A stretch of 13,947 nt of DNA, from IMG/VR virus record IMGVR_UViG_2926661365_000002; one strand, given 5' to 3'. Positions 8,349 to 13,947 of the stretch are shown here, in pieces. The first letter of the stretch is position 1; each line of letters starts with the position of its first letter. Under the pieces are notes generated by a model. That model made no database searches. It was not told where the DNA came from and saw only the letters and a program-made list of their open reading frames with translations. The position numbers were made by a program, and so were the translations under genes. The stretch comes from a virus (taxonomy: Duplodnaviria; Heunggongvirae; Uroviricota; Caudoviricetes).

Positions 8349-8406
8349 CTCCGCCGCCCTTGGTCGATCGTGCTGTTAGTGCGGGCAGGATGTCCGACCG
8401 CGATAT

Positions 8407-8436
8407 GAAAGCGGGCCGGAGTCACCCCCGGCCGGC
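8407..8436 (-). terminator. Probable intrinsic terminator after the GH30-like gene
   Basis: Minus strand GCCGGCCGGGG-GTGA-CTCCGGCCCGC-TTTCAT: GC stem with GNRA (GUGA) loop and a short U tract. Confidence 0.55.
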
Positions 8437-8465
8437 TGCGTACTTTTGATGATGGGGTGGTGGGG

Positions 8466-10826
8466 TTACTGCTGGACTACAAACTCAATCGTATCGGCAG
8501 GGATGCTGAAGCGAGTTCCGTTCGCAATCACGCCCATGTCGACCCCAGCGCTGCCGAGGTTGTAGCGGTAGCGCTTGTAAGTCCCGGCCGGCAACCCTGC
8601 GAGCTTGATGCCGTTTGCCTTTCGACACCGATTGACGATGCACATACCGGCCTTGCCGCCTGGCGACGTCCAGCCCATCGAATAGCACTCACGTTCAAGC
8701 TGCGCCGCGACGGCACCGAAAGACACACGAACCGAATTCTTCGGCATGTGCTCCAAGAACCCGCGCATGGCGTGCCAGTTGACCGGCACCGTGTCGAACG
8801 TGCCTTCTGCCAATGATGGGTAGTCATCGCGAACTGGTGCGCCAGTCGGACGCCAGATGGTTTGCGCGCGACCGATGGTTTCAAAGACAGGCCCGGTGCT
8901 TGGCTTGCCGATGTGGATCGGATACCAGATTGGCGAAGACATGGCACGCATCCAGGTCAGAACCTGCATAGCAAGGTTGGTCATCCGGTGACCCGGTTCC
9001 ATGTAATCGTTCGTCTGCGAGGGATCGACGCGAAGATCGAAGTACTCGTTTTCTGACGAATACATGGCCTTGCCGGCAAGGTTGGCCTGCAACGTAGCGA
9101 CACTGTCCACAACGAAATTGGCATCCTTGGCGCAGTCATCGATGTAGTGGACGGACCAGCTATCGATTTCAGCAAGCAACGCGCTGTCAGCACGGATTAG
9201 GGCGCCACCGAAGCCAGTCGGGCCGCGATAGTCATCCGAGCAGATTTTGACGGTGTTCGCCTGCCCGCCATAAGTCGACAGGATTGACGACGCACGGATG
9301 CGCGGCACGATTTCCTTTAGATAGTCATACATCTGCTCATTCGTCCATTCGCAGGACGGATAAGCCGTGCGGTTATGAGGCTCGTTTTGAGCAACAAACC
9401 TACGGATAGGGCCACAATTCTGATGGATATACTCCATCGACAGAACGGTATTGGCGGCGAAATCTGCCATCCACGCGGCATAACCAGTCGGATCGGCCAC
9501 CTTGTCTGGCGCGTCGAGATACCCGCCCTGAAGCAAGCGCCGCAGATAGGTGTTGTAACCTGAAGGGTCAGCAACGGGGTCGGGGCGCACGTCTGTGGAC
9601 CCCCTGTAAACACCGTTCTTCTTGTAGAACGGCGGTGGCGACCAATGCGTAAAGCAGATGCCGACACCAGTCGCGTCACAAAGCTCCTTGATGGCAGCAT
9701 TTTGCCCCGGCAAGCGCTCTGTGAACCGTTTACCGTCCGACGTCGTGCCGCGATAGTACAAGCCGGCAGCAAGACGGAAATCCACCCAGCCAGCGCCAAG
9801 GCCGACGATCTGGCTCGCGAAGCGCGTGCGCTCAGATGAACTAAGATCGAGAGGCAGCGACGACGTGTTGCTTTCCTGAATGCCGCCGCCGTCGCCTTCG
9901 ATGCTGTCCGACTGCAGTTCGAATCCAAGACCAAGGATCGTCTGCGCAGTGGTTGCCGTGTCGAGCGTCAGTGTGGTTGTCAGCATCCCAACCATATAAG
10001 CGTCGAGCGCATTCGACAGCACCGCCACTTCGGCGTCAGACAAACTTTGCCCGATGATCAAAGCGCCAAGGCGGCGTGGGCTGTAGTTCGGGTTCGAAGT
10101 CGCACGCCCGCCACCAAAAAGGATCGGGTTTGCACCAAGAGCCGTGGAAGCAACCGTGTATGTTCCGATCTTAGTGGCACCCTTGCCAGCGCGAATAGTC
10201 GTTGCGTCATCACGGGACGCCCACGCCAGACCAGCGCCGACCTGACTACGCGTCAGCGGAACGCTTGTTGACGTCGCCTGGTTGATGCGCACCGGCATCG
10301 TCTCGTCGCCAGATGGGCGGAAAGAGCCGCGAAGGGTGACGTTCGTATTGCCGCAGTCGTCCGCGTTGCTGTTGCGGGCATCAAGCTGATAGCAACCTAT
10401 GAAGGCGCTATCGCGCTGGAATTTGCCGCCTGCCGTGCTCGGCGTGAAATTGGTCGTGTAAGCCTGGTTGGCAGCGTTCCCGTAGAAGCCGCCGTTTCCG
10501 ACGAAGGTCGGCGCATTAGTCACGGTCAGGCCGACTACAGCATTGATCAGGTCATAGCGGCATTGCGCTTCGACTTCTGTCACCGCCAAGAACAGGCGGT
10601 CCAGCTTCGACCACACCCCACCTTGCTTCAGCGCATAGATCAGCCGGTTATAGTAGGTCTGCGCGTCGGCGCTGGGAGCGGTCACGCCATCCGTCGCCAT
10701 CTTGTTGACGAGCGCGGTTGTTTCCGCCTGGATTTCAGGCTCAACAAACCCACCACCCTTGGAGAGGGGGACGCCCACCTGCTTCACGGCAGACAGCCCC
10801 CCGAGAAGATTTTTGAGGGCGCCCAT
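8466..10826 (-). CDS. 786-aa fusion: N-terminal phage beta-sandwich-type module plus GH30-like (clan GH-A) glycoside hydrolase
   Basis: QTILGLGFE, FTHWSPPPFYKKNG, VAQNEP (putative acid/base E482), YPSCEWT, SVHY, MYSSENE (putative nucleophile E592) and a C-terminal beta region (NSVRV...CIVNR) occur in GH30 order. The N-terminal LIYALKQGGVWSKLDRLF...PTFVGNGGFYGN...TNFTPSTAGGKFQRDSAFIG resembles a recurrent phage module. Confidence 0.75.
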   Translation of the reverse strand: MGALKNLLGGLSAVKQVGVPLSKGGGFVEPEIQAETTALVNKMATDGVTAPSADAQTYYNRLIYALKQGGVWSKLDRLFLAVTEVEAQCRYDLINAVVGLTVTNAPTFVGNGGFYGNAANQAYTTNFTPSTAGGKFQRDSAFIGCYQLDARNSNADDCGNTNVTLRGSFRPSGDETMPVRINQATSTSVPLTRSQVGAGLAWASRDDATTIRAGKGATKIGTYTVASTALGANPILFGGGRATSNPNYSPRRLGALIIGQSLSDAEVAVLSNALDAYMVGMLTTTLTLDTATTAQTILGLGFELQSDSIEGDGGGIQESNTSSLPLDLSSSERTRFASQIVGLGAGWVDFRLAAGLYYRGTTSDGKRFTERLPGQNAAIKELCDATGVGICFTHWSPPPFYKKNGVYRGSTDVRPDPVADPSGYNTYLRRLLQGGYLDAPDKVADPTGYAAWMADFAANTVLSMEYIHQNCGPIRRFVAQNEPHNRTAYPSCEWTNEQMYDYLKEIVPRIRASSILSTYGGQANTVKICSDDYRGPTGFGGALIRADSALLAEIDSWSVHYIDDCAKDANFVVDSVATLQANLAGKAMYSSENEYFDLRVDPSQTNDYMEPGHRMTNLAMQVLTWMRAMSSPIWYPIHIGKPSTGPVFETIGRAQTIWRPTGAPVRDDYPSLAEGTFDTVPVNWHAMRGFLEHMPKNSVRVSFGAVAAQLERECYSMGWTSPGGKAGMCIVNRCRKANGIKLAGLPAGTYKRYRYNLGSAGVDMGVIANGTRFSIPADTIEFVVQQ

Positions 10827-10827
10827 C

Positions 10828-11139
10828 TTACGCAGCCACCCAGGCGAATTTGTCTCCGGGGGAAACGTAGAAGCTGGCCGGTTCCCCAGCCTTCACGAAG
10901 AGACGCGGGCCATTGACTGGGTCTGGGGCCTTGCCGGCAGCGCAGAAGATGTCGAGCGAGGAGGCGACGTGATACAGCGGGTTGCCATTATCAGCCGCCT
11001 CCGGAGCGGACTTCGTGGTGGTGCCGGCGGACGCCATGGTCTCTGACCATTCCGGCTTGCGGAGGGTTTCCGCAGGGCGCTCCTGCCCCCGCTCAGAGCC
11101 AGCAAAGCAGCATGCGACGTGTACGCCCGTGAGAGCCAT
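10828..11139 (-). CDS. Small phage protein (103 aa), unknown function, coupled to the 786-aa gene
   Basis: RBS CTGAAAGGAA; TAA-G-ATG junction with the downstream gene; beta-rich C-terminal half (YHVASSLDIFCAAGKAP...LFVKAGEPASFYVSPGDKFAWV). Confidence 0.75.
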   Translation of the reverse strand: MALTGVHVACCFAGSERGQERPAETLRKPEWSETMASAGTTTKSAPEAADNGNPLYHVASSLDIFCAAGKAPDPVNGPRLFVKAGEPASFYVSPGDKFAWVAA

Positions 11140-11179
11140 GGGAATTTCCTTTCAGTGTTGGATGGAGTGCGGGCGGAGA

Positions 11180-11380
11180 TCAGGTCGACCAGCCGACCTT
11201 TTTTGCGAGCCACCGCCATACGTAGCCGACCGCGATGGTGAGGGCTGCGATGAGCCCCTGCACATAGGCGGCCACTTCCGGGTCGGTGGTCAGCATGTTC
11301 TTGACCTCTTCCGAGATCCAGCCGGACCCATAGAGCCAGCCGGCGATGATGAAGAGGATGATGCGAGCGTGGACACTCAT
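11180..11380 (-). CDS. Putative holin-like membrane protein (66 aa)
   Basis: ATG 11380 overlaps the endolysin TGA (ATGA). Two hydrophobic segments (IILFIIAGWLYGSG; YVQGLIAALTIAVGYVW), central TTDPEV, basic C-terminus LAKKVGWST. Confidence 0.7.
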   Translation of the reverse strand: MSVHARIILFIIAGWLYGSGWISEEVKNMLTTDPEVAAYVQGLIAALTIAVGYVWRWLAKKVGWST

Positions 11381-12246
11381 TGGAAGACCCCTCCGATCCA
11401 GGTGGAAAAGTCGTGCCACCACCCGGCGACCGTTGCAGCGGCGCCGAAACCGATGGCCATGAGGACAGCCGTGCCGCTTCCGATCGGAGTGCCCGACTTC
11501 TGCGGGATCTTCACGGGAGGCAGCTCGATCTTCGGCAGCTCGACCTTGGGAAGGTCAGGCTTCGGCGTCGGTACCGGCGCGGGTGCCGGCTTGACCGGGA
11601 CGCGCAGGTTGAGCGTCTTCGCGCGGGCTACGGCTGCCGTGACTTCCTTCAAGCCCTTCTCTCCGCCGTTCCAGCGGCGGCGGATCGGGGTGGTGGAACC
11701 GCGGTCGGCCATCTCGTTCAAGCCCCACTTTTGCCAGAGGATCAGCGCGGCCTTGGTGCCGATGTCAGGATCTCGCAGGAGGTCAGGGTTCTCGACGACA
11801 GGGACGCCGGTCTCTTTCTCGACCGTCTCGAAGTTCGCGCGACCGGTGATCTGGCCGGGGCCGGAGCCACGGTATTTCCAGCCGTCGCCCGGCTTGGTGT
11901 TGCCCAGCTCCTTACGGCCGAACTCTCCGCCGTAGATCGCATTGGCAATACCGACCTGGTTGGCTGGGCGGCTGGCCGTGCGGCCGAGATCCTGCGCGTC
12001 AACCTTCGAGATCCGGTGACGGCCGAATCCGGTCAGCAGGCCAGACACCGAATAGTTGAGGTTCTCGGCCAAGCGGGTGAAGCCGCCCGTTTCGTGCGCG
12101 ACGTTGCCGAGGAACTCGGCCAGCCGGTCGCGATTGGTGCAGCCATAGAGGGCGGCATACTTGTTGACGGCGGCGGCAATCTGGTCGGTGACCTCGTTGC
12201 CCTTCTTCGTGCCGGCGATGAACAGCAAGTCCTTGGAAGTGATCAT
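11377..12246 (-). CDS. Endolysin, glycoside hydrolase family 19, with Pro/Lys linker and hydrophobic C-terminal tail
   Basis: AEFLGNVAHETGGF (HET), ENLNYS, GDGWKYRGSGPGQITGRANF, NPDLL, RRWNGGEKGL; RBS AAGGAG. Confidence 0.9.
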   Translation of the reverse strand: MITSKDLLFIAGTKKGNEVTDQIAAAVNKYAALYGCTNRDRLAEFLGNVAHETGGFTRLAENLNYSVSGLLTGFGRHRISKVDAQDLGRTASRPANQVGIANAIYGGEFGRKELGNTKPGDGWKYRGSGPGQITGRANFETVEKETGVPVVENPDLLRDPDIGTKAALILWQKWGLNEMADRGSTTPIRRRWNGGEKGLKEVTAAVARAKTLNLRVPVKPAPAPVPTPKPDLPKVELPKIELPPVKIPQKSGTPIGSGTAVLMAIGFGAAATVAGWWHDFSTWIGGVFQ

Positions 12247-12304
12247 GGGTTCTCCTTCCCGCGGCGGGCGGGTTCTGAAAGGTTTCGGCGGGTTGGTGTG
12301 GGTG

Positions 12305-12547
12305 TCAGTCCCAGAGACGCTTGAACGACGTCGGGGTCTCTTCCTGGGTCACGGCTGGGAGCCGGATGACGAGGCCCGCCGGCAGGTGGATGTCCTGATC
12401 GGCAAGCCCACGGTTCGCGCTGTAGAGGAGTTCGGCCTTGTCCTTGTGCTCGCCGTAGTACCGGCGGGCGATCTGGTCGACCATGTCCCCGTCCTCGGTC
12501 ACATAGGCGACCGCCCCGTCGGATAGGGTGATGTATCGGTTGCTCAT
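12305..12547 (-). CDS. P2 gpX-like tail protein (LysM-like, 80 aa)
   Basis: YVTEDGDMVDQIARRYYG...LYSANRGLAD...LPAGLVIRLP...RLWD; ATG 12547 overlaps the upstream TGA. Confidence 0.88.
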   Translation of the reverse strand: MSNRYITLSDGAVAYVTEDGDMVDQIARRYYGEHKDKAELLYSANRGLADQDIHLPAGLVIRLPAVTQEETPTSFKRLWD

Positions 12548-13536
12548 GGGGAGGGAACCTCGCACTGCAGTTCCGTCGTGTAGGTGGCGGAGCCTGAGAA
12601 ATTGTGGGTGGCAGTCTTCACCTTCCAGAGGCCGTCGACCCGGCTGCGGACTCCCCGCACATCGGCGAAGGCCTCGGCCTGGGCGAAGGCGTCGCCGTCG
12701 ATCGTGAAGCTCGCCTCTGCCTGCGCCCGGACCAGTTCCTTCGTCTTGGCCTGGGCTGCGCGCTTAGCGTCGTCCTCGGTCTGGAAGGGGGCACGGATGC
12801 GGAAGGTCGGCCCCTCGAGCCCGGTGGTGGCGATCACCGACTTGCGCTCGTTCTTCGCGCGATCGTAGGTGGTGGTCTCGACCTGGCTGTATCGGGGCTC
12901 ATCCTTCTCACCCACGCTGTAGCTGAGCAAGTTTCCCGGTCGGCGGATGTTGATGGTCTGGAGAACCGAGCCGCCGGCACCAATGCCGGATCCCTTCTCC
13001 ATGACCACGATCCGACCGGACTTGATGGTGACCGAGGCGTTGAGCGTTTCCCCGATGCGGGTCAGGAACTCCATCGCACTCTCTTCGGCCTGGGCCTCGA
13101 AATGGTTGGGCACCTGGGCGATGCGGGCAGCGATGACGACGGGCAGAGAGACCGCCCCTGCGACGGCGCGGAAGACGTCACCAAAGGTGGGGAAGTCCTT
13201 CTTCGGGAACGACTTCGGTTCCCTCTGCTTTGCCAGCTCCTTGGCTGCGAGCGACTGCGCGCTGACGGTGATCTGCTGGGGCCAGCCGGTATAGCCGACG
13301 CTGTCGACAGAGAACTGCCCGAAGTCCCGGATCGCTCCTGCATACCCGCCTCGCGGGTTGAGGATGACACCACGGGTGGGAGGCTCGACCGAGCCATCCA
13401 CGTCGTCGATCACGAGGTTGAGGGTGTCGGCCTCGAGGCCCTCGGAGTCCGTGATGGTCATCGACATGAGGACACCACGGATATTCTCGGTGACGTCTAC
13501 GCCACCGGCAGAGATGGAGAAGACAACCTGTGGCAT
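12544..13536 (-). CDS. Phage late control / P2 gpD-like baseplate hub protein
   Basis: GVDVTENIRGVLMSMTITDSEGLEADTLNLVIDD, GQFSVDSVGYTGWP, QAEESAMEFLTRIG, GLWKVKTATHNF; size 330 aa. Confidence 0.88.
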   Translation of the reverse strand: MPQVVFSISAGGVDVTENIRGVLMSMTITDSEGLEADTLNLVIDDVDGSVEPPTRGVILNPRGGYAGAIRDFGQFSVDSVGYTGWPQQITVSAQSLAAKELAKQREPKSFPKKDFPTFGDVFRAVAGAVSLPVVIAARIAQVPNHFEAQAEESAMEFLTRIGETLNASVTIKSGRIVVMEKGSGIGAGGSVLQTINIRRPGNLLSYSVGEKDEPRYSQVETTTYDRAKNERKSVIATTGLEGPTFRIRAPFQTEDDAKRAAQAKTKELVRAQAEASFTIDGDAFAQAEAFADVRGVRSRVDGLWKVKTATHNFSGSATYTTELQCEVPSP

Positions 13537-13946
13537 CAGAAACCTATCTTGAACCCGGCGCTGACATTGACGCCGCCAAAGCTGATACCGGCGCTGATAC
13601 CGGCGCTGACGCTGATCCCGCCGGCCCCGATCGATGCGGAGATCCCAAGCGAGCCGGCGACCACGCCCATTGCGATCGCTCGCGCGCTGGCAGCCCCGCC
13701 GCCGTACTGCAACAGCGTCAAGGTCGTGGTCACCTGGCTCGGCTTGCCGGAGGGGTCAAACATCGTGCTTTCGTCCTCAAGGCCCGCGGCAATCCAGAGC
13801 CCGAAGACGTTCGGCCGCGCGCCGTCGATGTGGGTTAGCATCATCGGCTGCAGCGCGTTGACCACCTGCCGGATCCCGCTCAACTGAGCCAGCCCTCGGC
13901 CGTTCAGGTGGTGCGGGTGGAAGGTCGAACTGAGAGTGATCTGCTC
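13536..13946 (-). CDS. P2 gpU-like tail protein, 5'-truncated by the window edge, with Gly/Ser/Ile-rich C-terminal extension
   Basis: The frame stays open upstream of the listed TTG 13883 (EQITLSSTFHPHHLNGRGLAQLSGIRQ...), then FGLW...EDESTMFDPSGKPSQVTTTLTLLQY. Its TGA overlaps the gpD ATG (TGATG). Confidence 0.8.
   Translation of the reverse strand, partial: EQITLSSTFHPHHLNGRGLAQLSGIRQVVNALQPMMLTHIDGARPNVFGLWIAAGLEDESTMFDPSGKPSQVTTTLTLLQYGGGAASARAIAMGVVAGSLGISASIGAGGISVSAGISAGISFGGVNVSAGFKIGF
13581..13610. repeat. 12-bp tandem repeat (2.5 copies) encoding SAGI units
   Basis: GCTGATACCGGC GCTGATACCGGC GCTGAC at 13581-13610. Confidence 0.8.
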
Positions 13947-13947
13947 G

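Larger units (their letters stand above)
3245..13947. mobile_element. Prophage (P2-like contractile-tail genes) integrated in the 5' end of dusA; continues beyond the window
   Basis: Tyrosine integrase directly divergent from the dusA start, followed by lysis and tail genes. The left boundary is approximate: the att core is expected near the AIAPMIDW codons, ~3222-3250. Confidence 0.85.

Noticed and set aside
11095-11139. 103-aa protein as an outer-membrane spanin lipoprotein (early Cys-Cys)
   Set aside because: No basic n-region, no adequate hydrophobic h-region and no valid lipobox.
1-13947. CRISPR array, tRNA or rRNA genes, IS transposases
   Set aside because: No regularly spaced repeats, cloverleaf patterns or transposase motifs were seen.

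Overview
Rhizobiaceae-type chromosome/prophage junction (taxon inferred from gene order, repeat type and high GC). Bases 1 to ~3240 are host: a Cys-cluster hypothetical protein, a RIME-like palindromic element, a J-domain protein, a cold-shock gene (cspA family) and dusA. From ~3245 to the window end is one end of a prophage integrated in the 5' part of dusA, with a divergently oriented tyrosine integrase of the dusA-associated type. All other prophage genes are on the minus strand. In transcription order they are: P2 gpU-like (truncated by the window edge), gpD-like, gpX-like, GH19 endolysin with a C-terminal hydrophobic tail, holin-like protein, 103-aa small protein, 786-aa protein, 125-aa coiled-coil/TM protein, ~1010-aa beta-helix fibre/spike protein, 87-aa small protein, and a terminator lying antisense inside the end of the integrase gene. 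The main observation is two pairs of a small beta-rich protein plus a large glycan-targeting protein, located outside the tail module. One large protein carries a GH30-like (clan GH-A) glycoside hydrolase domain with both catalytic glutamate motifs. The other is a beta-helix with three inserted modules and a C1q-like tip. My hypothesis is that these are accessory virion spikes/depolymerases, possibly head spikes. All family assignments come from motif recognition by eye; no database searches were run.
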